A DNA stretch of 64,000 nucleotides from Candidatus Latescibacterota bacterium (GCA_965248755.1 OZ252149.1:3520001-3584000); one strand, 5' to 3'. Counted from the stretch's first letter, positions 1 through 10,852 are shown. Notes: a model not told the origin generated them from the sequence alone. Numbers and translations are program-made.

Positions 1-2254
1 GTTCGTAGGGGAGGATCTTGGTGATCCATTTTTGCAGTTTAAGGTCCAAACGTCTCAGGGGGAGGAGCAGGCTCTTGATCGTACGAAGCGTAAATGGAGA
101 AAGATCTTCAGTACGGATGGGCCTAACCTGGATGAGAGGGTCTTTGAGGTGGATATGACTCTTCTGACGCCCGCTGATTATCCAGATATACTCGGGGATT
201 TCACGGGTGATGTTATCAGATATGTGAGCGTGCAAATAACAGATAGCAGATACGGTAAGGGGCGTCGGGTCAACGAATCTCGATATGAGAGTCTGGAGCC
301 TGACGAACGTGGAGATATAGAGTACTTCAGACGAGAGTCAACAGGCAGGTTGAGATTGGTGGAAGGCTTACAGTATTGGGAGGCTATAGAGGATGAGAGC
401 AAACGAGGGCCTGTAGTCCACTACCGTCGGGAGTTTCCGAGGTTGGCGAGGGTGGAGGTGTGGTCAATTGGCGACAACATCGGTTTGGGCATATTAAAAC
501 GCGGCGGCACTTTAGAGAGCACTGAAGTCCCAAATGAAAAGCACTTATTTGATGGTAAGATCAAACCGGAGTTCAACACGAAGGGTTATACTGCAGACTC
601 GCCGGAAGGTGAGCAAATTCAGCGCGAGGTACTTGTAGAACTTGGAGGCACCTTCTTTTTAGATAACATTCGGATGATTACGGATTTAGGTGGGAGAGGG
701 CGCGGTCAGGGCACGCTTAAAGAAGGTTACGCAATGAGGCTGTCGGACGGTTCCAGGACTCCTGACGGGAGCTTAGCCTGGAAGCTTGTGGCGGAGGCGA
801 TTGCCAGCGTACCAGAGGAGTTTGGTCAAACAAAATATCACGACCACAAATTCGAGGCTTTCAAAGCTAAATTCTTCTCCCTTATCTGGGATGTGGAGGT
901 AGGGGGAGGACGTGCCGGAATAAAGGAGATTCAATTATTCGGAGAGGGCTATTTGCCGGAGGCCCAGATCGTATCTATCTTTGAAGGGAGATCCCCCTTC
1001 ATTGAGCTGCCGGGGGTAAAGAATCTGACGTCGTTAGAGTGGGATGCAGATACGCCGGAAGGCACAGATGTTATCATCCAGACAAAGACTGGTGATACGG
1101 TCAAGAAGGTAATACACTACTACACGAAGACAGGCAAAGAATTGTTCCCGGAGGACGAGGAAAAAGCAAAAGTAAAATATGAGGCGTGCTGCCTTAAAGG
1201 GTTTTTTAAGGGGAGTACAAAGGAGGTGACACTCGCAGGAAGTGATTGGAGCGGCTGGAGTGAGCCCTATGTGCGTTCGGGGGACAGGTTCAGATCTCCC
1301 AGTCCCAGAAAATACGTTATGATACAAGCTAGCTTTCTGACGGACGATCCTTTTCGATTTGCTACTTTGCATTCAGTGAGGCTTAATTTCTTGAAAGGCG
1401 ACCCTGTTGCCACATCTGTGATTGGAGAGGTAACACCTTCCCGTCTGGATTCGATAGGCATTAAGCAGGAACTGTCTTTTTTCATTCGTCCAACCTTTGA
1501 TAATAGTAGCAAAGGGTTGAATGAGATCCTTATCGAGGCGCCTTCTGGAGTCAGGATGAACTTTAAGCAGATCAATAAGTGGGAGGATCGAAGCATTGAA
1601 GACATGAGGAAGATAGATGGCCATCTGAGGGAACCTGATGAAATTTATACAGAAGAAAGCGAAGGTTTTGAGGTTTTATCCAGACCTGAGTCCGATTCAC
1701 TGTGGGTTCGGCTGCCGGGTCGTATAAAGCCGACTACGGGTAATGTTCTATTGGAGGTCAAGTTTGAAGCGCAGTTATTTGGATTTAGCACATTTTTCAA
1801 TGGTTTCATAGGCAATTCTTTCGTAGACGACTCTTGGCAGAGGACGGACGATGGTGATGCAAATGGTGTTACAGACAGCGAAAAGACAGTAGTATTAGCC
1901 CTTGAGGGGAATAAGATATTAGGTGATATTGAGGTAGCTCCTGAGATAATTACACCCAATGGAGATGGGATCAACGACAAGACGTCAATAAGCTTTTCGC
2001 TGTTGCGTGTGGCGTTATCAACTCCTGTCCAGGTACAGATATACGATCTTAGCGGGAATATTGTTGTTGAGTTGATGAATGATTCTCTTTCTGTGGGGGC
2101 ATATAAAGAAGACGATGCAGTGATCTGGGATGGCACCGATAGTTCAGGAGGGTTAGTCACTCCTGGTATATATGTTATAAGGATTAATGTTGATACCGAT
2201 TCAGATTCTGCTGAAGATACTTCAGTCAGCCGGTTAGTGCAGGTTGCATATTAA
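1..2254 (+). CDS. Large secreted-type protein with C-terminal FlgD-Ig/T9SS-CTD-like domain (5' end outside window)
   Basis: Frame is open from position 2. C-terminus ITPNGDGINDK...IYDLSG...WDGTDSSG...PGIY is typical of FlgD-Ig. Paralogous to 2544-4691. Confidence 0.75.
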   Translation, partial: FVGEDLGDPFLQFKVQTSQGEEQALDRTKRKWRKIFSTDGPNLDERVFEVDMTLLTPADYPDILGDFTGDVIRYVSVQITDSRYGKGRRVNESRYESLEPDERGDIEYFRRESTGRLRLVEGLQYWEAIEDESKRGPVVHYRREFPRLARVEVWSIGDNIGLGILKRGGTLESTEVPNEKHLFDGKIKPEFNTKGYTADSPEGEQIQREVLVELGGTFFLDNIRMITDLGGRGRGQGTLKEGYAMRLSDGSRTPDGSLAWKLVAEAIASVPEEFGQTKYHDHKFEAFKAKFFSLIWDVEVGGGRAGIKEIQLFGEGYLPEAQIVSIFEGRSPFIELPGVKNLTSLEWDADTPEGTDVIIQTKTGDTVKKVIHYYTKTGKELFPEDEEKAKVKYEACCLKGFFKGSTKEVTLAGSDWSGWSEPYVRSGDRFRSPSPRKYVMIQASFLTDDPFRFATLHSVRLNFLKGDPVATSVIGEVTPSRLDSIGIKQELSFFIRPTFDNSSKGLNEILIEAPSGVRMNFKQINKWEDRSIEDMRKIDGHLREPDEIYTEESEGFEVLSRPESDSLWVRLPGRIKPTTGNVLLEVKFEAQLFGFSTFFNGFIGNSFVDDSWQRTDDGDANGVTDSEKTVVLALEGNKILGDIEVAPEIITPNGDGINDKTSISFSLLRVALSTPVQVQIYDLSGNIVVELMNDSLSVGAYKEDDAVIWDGTDSSGGLVTPGIYVIRINVDTDSDSAEDTSVSRLVQVAY

Positions 2255-2543
2255 GGAAGTAGCCCCCGATAGATTCATTCGCGGGGTGGGCACCTCGTGC
2301 ACTGCTGCCACGCCTTTTTGATGGGGGACGAAGTGCCAGCAAACCGCGAAGCGGCGAAGTGGGCGAAGCAATCTGACTTAGGTTGCCTCTCCCTGTGTGT
2401 TGGCTACTATTTAGGATCCCTATAAACTTGTGCCTACTGTTTTGACGCGATACTTGGCTTTTACCTGAAGGGAGGGAACCCTGATGTCAAACTCCTTTAA
2501 TCACGGGCAGTCAGACCGTTTAATCTCCAATGGGGTGATAAAA

Positions 2544-4691
2544 ATGTCTTGGTGTGCAAGAATGGGTAGTATTTTATGTAAGCTGGCAGGGTTGATTCTG
2601 CTTGCTTTGATGGTCACCGCCATCTTTTTAGATGACGCCACCTGTGCGACTATCTACAGGATCGGAAAGCCCTTTTCGGATGCAGAAAGAACCAGTCTCG
2701 AGGGGATAGGGATTGAGGTCCAGCAGTTCAGCTGGGAAGTTTATGAGTCGGTGAAGAACCTGGATGCGGACTCTCTGAAGGCGGCACATGGCGGTTCAAT
2801 TGAACCCAAGTTTATCAGGGAGGGTGAGAGCATAGCCACAACGGCTCTGGACAGAGGAGGATGGATAGCCGAAGGTACCCAATCCGATGAGAGGCTAAGC
2901 TTCAAAGAGGGATATGAAATCGAAGGCAACGTTGCGAATAACATGATAGATGGGGATCCGACCACGGCTTTTGTGTGGCCTAGGCCGGCGCCCCCGGGTT
3001 GGAAAAGAGACGGCGCAAGATGTCATCATGCGCCTCACCGGATAGTTATTAACTTAGGCGGACAATTTGTCGTCGACAAAGTAAGATTCTACCCTCGTGA
3101 AGGAATATCCCCTGATGGTGAGGAATATAAGACTCGCTTCATAGAGGACTACCAATTGGGTACCAGTCAAGGCCGCAGGCCGCAGGATTTCTTCGAGACC
3201 TACTTGTGTCGAGGATCAGCTTTCATCCCGAGCTTCCGACAGTTTGGCAAGTACACTCACCCACCCGATCCTGACCAAACTGGAAATCCATCTGCCGTCA
3301 GGGAAGGCCATGAGGATGTTGAAAATATATTTACTGAAGTTATAATACCGCTTGATACTCCGGAGAAAATCTCTTATGTCGCGTTGTTGATCTGGCTCCC
3401 AATTGTGAAGACGATAGAGATCGCCGAGTTTGAGGTCTTTGGCCCGGAGAGCTTTATAGAAGAAGCCGCTTATATAGCTGACGTAATTGAGTTGGACGAC
3501 ATCGCCAGTTTCGGCGAGCTCACCTGGTCAGGGAGTCGTGATCCCAGGGCGGAGGCCAATATCCGAACCAGGAGCGGGACAGATCCTCAGCCGATTGTTT
3601 ACTGGATACTCAAAGGTCAGCTGCGAACGCAGGTAGTTTTGCCTTCGACCAATGAGGAAGGAGAAGAGCTCAGCTTAGAGGAGTACAGAAGTGCTTTCTA
3701 CAAACTCCCGGAAAATGTTTGGGCTGACTCGACTTACGATACGGAAAACTGGAGCTTCTGGTCTGCTCCTTACAAGTTTGAAAGTCCGGGAGCACCTATC
3801 GTCTCTCCTGGTCCCCGCAAATTCCTTCAGATCGGCGTGGATTTTGCCTCCGAAGTTAACGATGGCAGCCGGATCGAGTATTTACAGTTTAAGGCCTCTG
3901 TGCCTCCTGCGGCTCGAGAGATAGTAGGTGAGATCTTCCCTACAGAAGTCGAGATAGGGAAGGTAACACACAAGTTCAGCTATTTTGTCAAGGCAACGAT
4001 GACAGCTGTGGATAAAGGATTCGACACCTTGGAGATCACCACACCTTATGGGGTTAGTTCGGTCGATTCGCTAAGTGTAGATGGAATCAATCAGGACGGT
4101 TTCACCTGGGTGAAAAAGGCCGACGATTCTGGCTTTGAGGTCACATTACCCAGGAAGTTGGATACAGGAGACAGCGGAGTCATAGTTGAAGTGGTCTTCC
4201 AAGCTCCTGTTTTGAGGGAGCGCGGGACCTTTTTTGACGGCAGTGTGTTCGACAGCGCACAGCCTCACGAAGTTCATCAGAGGATCAAGCCTGGCAACGT
4301 TGCAGATGAGATCGAAAGCGATGTCCTTACGGTGATAACGTCTTTGGCCGAATCGATATTGTCCTCACCAGAGGTCTCTCCAAATCCCTTTACACCCAAT
4401 GGCGACGGTGTCAATGATGTACTGAACCTATCTTATACCATTTTGAGGCTGACGGCCCCTGTTCCTGTCTCAATCGATATATACGATCTTTCCGGTGCCT
4501 TCATAAAGAAAGTCTACTCTGGAAACGACAAAGTAGGGGTGTATTCAAAGGAGAATTCCAAGTCCCGGATTTGGGATGGAACAGACAGTGAGGATAATCT
4601 TGTTCCACCGGGGATATATGTCTATCGCATATCGGTAGAGGCTCAGGAAGAGGAGGAGACTAAGACCGGGACTGTATCTGTTGTCTATTAG
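2544..4691 (+). CDS. Secreted protein with signal peptide, discoidin-like region and C-terminal FlgD-Ig domain
   Basis: Hydrophobic N-terminus LAGLILLALMVTAIF; MIDGDPTT...INLGG...IAEFEVFG discoidin-like motifs; PNPFTPNGDGVND...WDGTD...PPGIY. Start placed after GGGGTGA (ORF track starts at 2484). Confidence 0.75.
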   Translation: MSWCARMGSILCKLAGLILLALMVTAIFLDDATCATIYRIGKPFSDAERTSLEGIGIEVQQFSWEVYESVKNLDADSLKAAHGGSIEPKFIREGESIATTALDRGGWIAEGTQSDERLSFKEGYEIEGNVANNMIDGDPTTAFVWPRPAPPGWKRDGARCHHAPHRIVINLGGQFVVDKVRFYPREGISPDGEEYKTRFIEDYQLGTSQGRRPQDFFETYLCRGSAFIPSFRQFGKYTHPPDPDQTGNPSAVREGHEDVENIFTEVIIPLDTPEKISYVALLIWLPIVKTIEIAEFEVFGPESFIEEAAYIADVIELDDIASFGELTWSGSRDPRAEANIRTRSGTDPQPIVYWILKGQLRTQVVLPSTNEEGEELSLEEYRSAFYKLPENVWADSTYDTENWSFWSAPYKFESPGAPIVSPGPRKFLQIGVDFASEVNDGSRIEYLQFKASVPPAAREIVGEIFPTEVEIGKVTHKFSYFVKATMTAVDKGFDTLEITTPYGVSSVDSLSVDGINQDGFTWVKKADDSGFEVTLPRKLDTGDSGVIVEVVFQAPVLRERGTFFDGSVFDSAQPHEVHQRIKPGNVADEIESDVLTVITSLAESILSSPEVSPNPFTPNGDGVNDVLNLSYTILRLTAPVPVSIDIYDLSGAFIKKVYSGNDKVGVYSKENSKSRIWDGTDSEDNLVPPGIYVYRISVEAQEEEETKTGTVSVVY

Positions 4692-4821
4692 TTAGATTAT
4701 TACCGAAATCAAGTGAAAGTTCCACCTTCGAAGTGATCAGAAATTCAGTTATTCGGAAGAGCAACGACATTAGCTTGCTCCCCTCTTTTGTTCCTCACCT
4801 CTTGGCACAAACAACTGGAAG

Positions 4822-4891
4822 TCCCAACCCTGGCGCTGTACCTGTGCTAAATTCGCTACGCTTCGCAGGCAGGTGAGCTTAGTTGTTATGT
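4822..4891 (+). other. attC-like integron cassette recombination site (isolated)
   Basis: CCCAAC-CCTGGCGCTGTACCTG...CAGGTGAGCTTAGTT-GTTATGT: AAC/GTT cores and imperfect inner boxes GCTGTACCTG/CAGGTGAGC with a bulged base. Confidence 0.5.
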
Positions 4892-5394
4892 GCCTCACTA
4901 CCGATAATGCCCCGTAATGTAGTCCCACTATTAGTGAACCCTCTACATTTTCAAGCCAATGATAATGTAAGCATCCAAGTATCATGTCAAAACAGTCTGG
5001 AGAGGAATCCAGAAGATTCAAGGACACATGCTGAGATTCATGAATGTACTGCATATCCTTGCAATGTGACAGGGACACATGCACTATAAAATTAGCAATG
5101 AAGAAGCAGTTTGATTCAAAGTGAAAAAGCAAGGTGTAAGCTGGAATGTGCCCAGATTTCGAAAAGATCAAGAAATAGAGAATTTCGAGAAACTCGTTCT
5201 GACCTGAAGGAGAAAATGTGCTGAAATCATTACCAGTTGTTTTTCGGTGTTGGTAGCACAAGCTGCCAAATTTTAATTATTGCTGTTTGTAAAAAGAAAC
5301 TGGAACCCTTGGATTGTGTCACAGGGAGAAATTCACACTGTTTCTGGCATCCCTCGTCAACGAATGAAAATGCAATGAATCCCCGGAGGACACG

Positions 5395-6312
5395 ATGGCA
5401 ATGCGTTATCCACAGGCTATTCTGGTAAGCTGCGAAATTCCCTGGAACGAAAGGGAGGAGCTGCTGGAAGAGATCTTCCGCCAGGAAGTGAGGGCCACGC
5501 TGGCACGGGGTTTCAACCATCTGTACATCTTTGGCACGGCCGGCGAAGGCTACGCTATCACCCTGACTCAGTTCCAGCAGATCGTAAGTATATTTCGCGA
5601 AGAGACGGACAGAGAGGGCGTCTTTCCCATGGTCGGGGTGATCGGCATGTCCACTGTGCAGGTGGTGGAGCGCGTTGGCTTCGCCTACGCTCAGGGCTTC
5701 CGCACCTTTCAGATCGCTCTGCCTCCCTGGGGTGAACTCGACGACGAGGAGTGCCTGGTCTATTTTCAGGACATATGTGGTGCCTTCCCTGATGCCCGTT
5801 TCATCCACTACAATTTGCCGCGAGCCCGGCGCCTGCTTCTGGGGACGGACTACCGGCGTCTGGCAGACGCCGTGCCTAACCTGGCCGGCACCAAGAACTG
5901 CCGTTCGGACATCGGCGACATCGCCGGTATAGCTACCCAGGCGCCGGAACTGCAGCACTTTTATGGGGAAGTAGGCTTTCCCATTGGCTGTCTCTACGGA
6001 GAGTGCTCCCTGCTCAGTTCGTACGGCGCTCTATTCCCTGCCAAGACCAACGAGTTCTTCCAGTACGGCGTGAACAAACAGTGGGAGAGGTTGTTTCCCC
6101 TGATGGCCGAGTACATACAGGTGATGCTGGCATTCGACGAACCGACTCGGGGGCGTGAGGCCATCGATGGGGCATACGACAAGATGGTCGTGCGCGGCAG
6201 TGGCATCGACATGCCGCTGCGCCTGCTCTCCCCGTACCAGTGCTTTGATAAGGAGGTATACGAGGCCGTTATCCAGAGTGTGAAAGAACGCTTTCCAGGC
6301 TGGCTACGGTAG
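5395..6312 (+). CDS. Dihydrodipicolinate synthase / N-acetylneuraminate lyase family aldolase
   Basis: FGTAGEG, HYNLP and GTKNC (Schiff-base Lys) motifs; GGAGG RBS. Confidence 0.85.
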   Translation: MAMRYPQAILVSCEIPWNEREELLEEIFRQEVRATLARGFNHLYIFGTAGEGYAITLTQFQQIVSIFREETDREGVFPMVGVIGMSTVQVVERVGFAYAQGFRTFQIALPPWGELDDEECLVYFQDICGAFPDARFIHYNLPRARRLLLGTDYRRLADAVPNLAGTKNCRSDIGDIAGIATQAPELQHFYGEVGFPIGCLYGECSLLSSYGALFPAKTNEFFQYGVNKQWERLFPLMAEYIQVMLAFDEPTRGREAIDGAYDKMVVRGSGIDMPLRLLSPYQCFDKEVYEAVIQSVKERFPGWLR

Positions 6313-6604
6313 CTGCTTACGGCTATCCTGAATAAGAGGGTCTGGAGTGTTAATGTGAGCTGAACGGCTAGTGACAGGCGACCTCCTGATGCTCTACACA
6401 ACTTTACTGACGATCATCACTTGTGGCCACTGTAAACTTATTCGCACCTCAAGTAGCTTCTGGTAGTCAGCTCTTGTAAAGCCCTCTCACATGAAGGATT
6501 AATTATTGCGGTAGCTGATAATGAAATCGTCGGTTTCGCCCATGTCACTGTCTTGTGAGGTTTGGCCTGAGCAATCGCAGACCAACATGAGGAGACACAA
6601 CTCG

Positions 6605-7040
6605 ATGTCGAGAGCATCTTCACCGGTCGTCCAATTCGACCACTTTTATTAGGTACGAGGAGATCGATAGCTTTGTGTGTGGCCTGGCGGAGGCGTACCC
6701 CACCCTGTGCCGACTGGGGTCGATCGGCAGGTTCCTGGAGCGCAGGGAGATCCACCTGCTGACCCTGACCGACTTCAGAACAGCCAGCGATGAGGAGCGT
6801 CCCCATATGTGATACACGGTGGTAGCCACTCACAAGAGCCTGCCCTCTGCCCACGCGCCGCTCTACACGGCAGAGAGGCTCCTGGACGACCACGATCGTG
6901 ACGGATTGCTCACCCGGGATGTCTTCTTAATCGTCCCGCGGCTATGTTCCCACGGCTTCCAGTTCTATGTGGTAACCTCGGCCCACAGGCGCCAGCAGGA
7001 CGGACTTTGCCGACCGCGAGGTAAATACGATTTACCCTGA
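6605..7040 (+). pseudogene. Frameshifted N-terminal fragment of an M14 zinc carboxypeptidase
   Basis: Joined frames read FDHFY/RYEEI...LGSIG...REIHLLTLTDF...ERP/YVIHGGSHSQE...VFLIVPRL, which resembles the M14 N-terminus with the HxxE zinc motif. Confidence 0.6.
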
Positions 7041-7084
7041 GGACATGGACAGCGACGGATTGATCCTGAGCATCCCGCAGAGAC

Positions 7085-7617
7085 TTGGCAAGGCGTGATG
7101 GCATTGCTTTTACGGCAATACTGCCGCCAAATATCTGTGGACCCGGAAAAGTTCCTCTGGAAGGCCGAGGAGGACGCGATATCGCTGTGCACAGAGCATA
7201 TATGCGAGGAGAGCCGGTTTATCTGGCGGAAGGGTGTTATCTTGATCGGACCATGCGATGCTTCTGACGTAGCTCAGGGCTTTTACCTTGTTGTTTGTAA
7301 CCCAGATGCATCAGCGGACGAGATTTTTAATGTGGGGTCGGCCGATGCGCTGACGGCAAAAAGATTTGCTGACGGCAAAAAGATTTATTGAGATCTACGG
7401 CGAAATCTACCAGACAAGTATCCCGATTGAATCGGTGACATAGGAGGAGTTCCTGACGCAGAACCTACCGGGTGCAGGAGCCAATTATCGTTATCGGGAG
7501 GACATGGCACCTGATGTGTCAAAGATTCGAGCGAAATTAGGATACGAGCCTGAATATAGTCCTGAAATCTCGATGGAACGCGCGGCCTTGTGGATGCGCA
7601 GAGAGATGCAACTCTAA
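7085..7617 (+). pseudogene. Degraded NAD-dependent epimerase/dehydratase (C-terminal half)
   Basis: PPNICGPG...DASDVAQGF...EIFNVGS...DVSKIRAKLGYEPEYS across frameshifts and a stop; 19-bp tandem duplication at 7349-7386. Confidence 0.65.
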
Positions 7618-7708
7618 CTCCAACGGATGGGGATGCTTCGGCTGTCCGATAAGAGTATAGAGGCAAAACGCTGGCCGAAGTATCCGCATATTGAGCGAGG
7701 GTGAAAAG

Positions 7709-8884
7709 ATGAAGGCGCAGAGAATCAACGAGTTGCGCAAACATTATCAGAACTGCCTGCTTAATGACGTCATTCCATTCTGGCTGAGGCATTCGCTAGA
7801 CCGTGAAGAAGGTGGTTACCTAAACTGCCTGGACCGCGATGGCTCAGTTTTCAACACGGACAAAGCGATGTGGCTTCAGTGCAGGGCCATATGGCTCTTT
7901 TCTAAGCTGTACAATACGCTTGAGCCGCGCGATACGTGGCTTGACGCTGCCAAGTGCGGGTTTGATTTCGTTGCCAAATACGGTTTTGACACCGATGGCC
8001 GCATGTTCTTTACCGTTACCCGCGACGGTCGGCCGCTCCGCAAGCGCCGCTATCTTTTTACCGAAACCTTCGGCGTAATCGCCTGTGCCGAATACGCGAA
8101 GGCGACCGGTGACAAGAGTGCACTTCAGCGCGCCAAGGACCTCTATGGACTGATCACCGATCTCTATCGAACCCCCGGCGCTCTTCCTCCAAAAATCTTG
8201 CCCCAAACCCGTGTGACGAAGTCGCAAGCCATGCCGATGATTCTGTTAGCCACAACTCAGGAACTCAGGCAGGTGGACTCCGATCCGTTGTACACCGAAG
8301 TCATTGACGATTCTCTTGGCCAGATTTTGAACCATTTTTTGAAACCCGATGAGCGTGCTCTCTTTGAAACGGTGGGTCCAAATGGCGAGCGACTCGATTC
8401 AAGCGAAGGACGCTGCCTCAACCCAGGCCATGCCATAGAGACGGCATGGTTTATTATGCACGAAGCTCGGCACCGCAACGATTTGAGTCTCATCCGCAGT
8501 GCGTTAGATATACTGGATTGGTCCTTAGAATGGGGCTGGGACAAGAAATACGGGGGCATTCTATATTTTGTTGATGTGGAGGGCAAGCCGCCGGAGCAGC
8601 TTGAGTGGGACATGAAGCTCTGGTGGCCGCATACCGAGGCGCTCTATGCCCTGCTGTTGGCTCACCACCTGACGGGTGAGGCGAAGTATGATGACTGGTA
8701 CGAGAAGGTACACGAATGGACCTTTGGCCATTTTCCCGATCCGGAGTATGGGGAGTGGTTTGGATACTTACATCGGGACGGCTCGTTATCGCTCTCTCTC
8801 AAAGGCTCAATGTGGAAAGGAGCCTTTCATCTGCCGCGAGCCCTATTACAGTGTTTTACGCTTCTGGAAGAGATGGCCAGCTAA
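7709..8884 (+). CDS. N-acylglucosamine 2-epimerase (AGE family)
   Basis: DKAMWLQCR, NPGHAIETAWF, KLWWPHTE, GEWFGYLHRDG and WKGAFHLPR motifs. Confidence 0.92.
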   Translation: MKAQRINELRKHYQNCLLNDVIPFWLRHSLDREEGGYLNCLDRDGSVFNTDKAMWLQCRAIWLFSKLYNTLEPRDTWLDAAKCGFDFVAKYGFDTDGRMFFTVTRDGRPLRKRRYLFTETFGVIACAEYAKATGDKSALQRAKDLYGLITDLYRTPGALPPKILPQTRVTKSQAMPMILLATTQELRQVDSDPLYTEVIDDSLGQILNHFLKPDERALFETVGPNGERLDSSEGRCLNPGHAIETAWFIMHEARHRNDLSLIRSALDILDWSLEWGWDKKYGGILYFVDVEGKPPEQLEWDMKLWWPHTEALYALLLAHHLTGEAKYDDWYEKVHEWTFGHFPDPEYGEWFGYLHRDGSLSLSLKGSMWKGAFHLPRALLQCFTLLEEMAS

Positions 8885-9221
8885 GGCTAAGTGAGTAGAC
8901 AGAATGTTGGGCCGAACCCGCCTGGCAGTAGAGGGGCAGAAGTGGCAACAAGACAAGAAGTCGCTTCCCGTCCAGTAGACAGGGGCGCCTTCTCCCGTCA
9001 CTTGAGTTTGCTGCCGAGTCTTCATCCATACCGATTACAGAAGGAACAAATAGACAGTAGACAGGGCACGTCACCCCGCTGGGTGCTGTTTGCTATTTTG
9101 GATCTCAATATCCTTACCCCGATTATTGCGACCCGTTACTTGATCGGAGGAACTAACGGCTGCTTCGGCCCATGTGAGCTTTGGGACTTCCTGATAACTG
9201 ATTTCTTACAGAGATATCTTG

Positions 9222-10241
9222 ATGTCTAGCTATCCTTCTTATAAAGTAGCCGCAGCCCATGTGGCGCCAGTCTTTCTTGATCTGAAAGGCACGGTTGACA
9301 AAACGTGTTCCTTGATCAAAGAAGCCGCTCAGCAAGGTGCCGAGCTGATTGTCTTTCCCGAGGCATATCTTCCCGCCTTTCCGGTGTGGTGTGCGCTGCG
9401 ATCGCCGATATATAATCACGACTTGTTCCGTTGGTTGGCCGCAAACACTATCAGGATTCCCGGGCCGGAGCTGGCAGAAATTTCCAACACAGCCCGCGAG
9501 TGCGGTGTGTTCGTTTCCTTAGGATTTAACGAGGGCAACAGCATCAGCGTTGGATGTATCTGGAATGCCAACGTGTTGATCGGAGACGACGGCCATGTCC
9601 TCTGCCATCACCGCAAGATCGTACCGACCTTCTACGAAAAACTCATATGGGCACCGGGCGATGGCGGCGGTTTGCAAGTGGTCGAAACGCGCCTCGGCAG
9701 ATTGGGTATGCTGATCTGTGGCGAAAACACAAATCCCCTCGCCCGTTACACGCTTCTGGCTCAAGGTGAGCAATTGCATCTGTCAACCTACCCACCGGTA
9801 TGGCCCACCCACGATCCATCAACAGGCGGAAACTACGATTTCAAGCAGGCCATACAACTTCGCGCGGCAGCCCATTCATTTGAGGGGAAGGTGTTCAATG
9901 TTGTTGCTGCCGGCTATTTGGATAAGACCGGACAGGAGGAACTCATGGCGCTGGACCCGAATGCTGGACGCATACTCCATGAAAGCCCGCGAGGTATCTC
10001 GGTGGTAATGGGTCCTGATGGCCTTCCCATTAGCGATATAATGCAAGACACAGAAGGCATTCTTTACGCAGATATAGACCTGTCCGACTGTGTTGAGCCA
10101 AAGCAGTTCCACGATGTGGTCGGCGGCTACAATCGATTCGACATTTTCAAATTGACGGTGGATCGCTCGGCCCGCCGACCGATATCATTTGAGACGAAGA
10201 ACTTCAATGATGATCAACCGCCTGCGGCTGATCCCCAATAG
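9222..10241 (+). CDS. Nitrilase (carbon-nitrogen hydrolase family)
   Basis: Glu-Lys-Cys triad in FPEA, HHRKIVPT and LICGEN; C-terminal HDVVGGYNRFDIF. Confidence 0.92.
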   Translation: MSSYPSYKVAAAHVAPVFLDLKGTVDKTCSLIKEAAQQGAELIVFPEAYLPAFPVWCALRSPIYNHDLFRWLAANTIRIPGPELAEISNTARECGVFVSLGFNEGNSISVGCIWNANVLIGDDGHVLCHHRKIVPTFYEKLIWAPGDGGGLQVVETRLGRLGMLICGENTNPLARYTLLAQGEQLHLSTYPPVWPTHDPSTGGNYDFKQAIQLRAAAHSFEGKVFNVVAAGYLDKTGQEELMALDPNAGRILHESPRGISVVMGPDGLPISDIMQDTEGILYADIDLSDCVEPKQFHDVVGGYNRFDIFKLTVDRSARRPISFETKNFNDDQPPAADPQ

Positions 10242-10457
10242 ATGCACTTGGGGACTGGAAAGGGACGACACTCGTAATAGATATCTAAGAGCCATCCACT
10301 TCTATTTAGTCAAAGCGGGTGGGGAAGACTTATAGTGACGAACAAGAGAGCAGCAAAAACGAAAGGGGCAAATGGGAGTTTCCGTGACCTCTTGTTCTTT
10401 ATGGCACACCCAAAATTCACTGCAGCGGGGTAGATAAGCCAACAGACGGAGGGGCCT

Positions 10458-10852
10458 ATGCTTACTGAAAACCAGCTTGTTCAGTTTGAGGTCTTCGGCT
10501 TTGTCGTTCTGCGCGGGGTCCTTACCTGTGACGAGCTCAGGATCATAGATTCCGAGTTCGATATCGGCCTCGTCAGGGCCATAGAGGCTATGGACCGGCA
10601 CGGCATTCCCAAGCAGCTCAACTGGTCGAACCTGGGTCTAGATACGCCGTTCCTGGCCTCGCTACTGGAGGATCCCCGGTTCCTGGAGGCCACCGAGCAG
10701 CTCTACGGACAGGACGTGGTCGGCTATTACGCCAACTCCAACTCCTTCGACAGTGACCGTACCGAGTGGCATCCCGATACCTTCAACCTCGTCAGGCGCG
10801 GCGTGAAGTTCGCCTTCTACCTACAGCCGCTGGACGAGAAGACGGGCGCGCT
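10458..10852 (+). pseudogene. 3'-truncated duplicate of a phytanoyl-CoA dioxygenase family gene
   Basis: Near-identical to 13828-14222 up to KTGAL, then diverges into unrelated sequence; lacks the distal His. Confidence 0.8.

Noticed and set aside
4770..5261. 163-aa minus-strand ORF
   Set aside because: No recognisable motifs or RBS; it runs through the attC-like site.
10340..10440. c-di-GMP-I riboswitch in the PhyH leader
   Set aside because: GCAAA/GAAA words are present, but the required paired stems could not be built.
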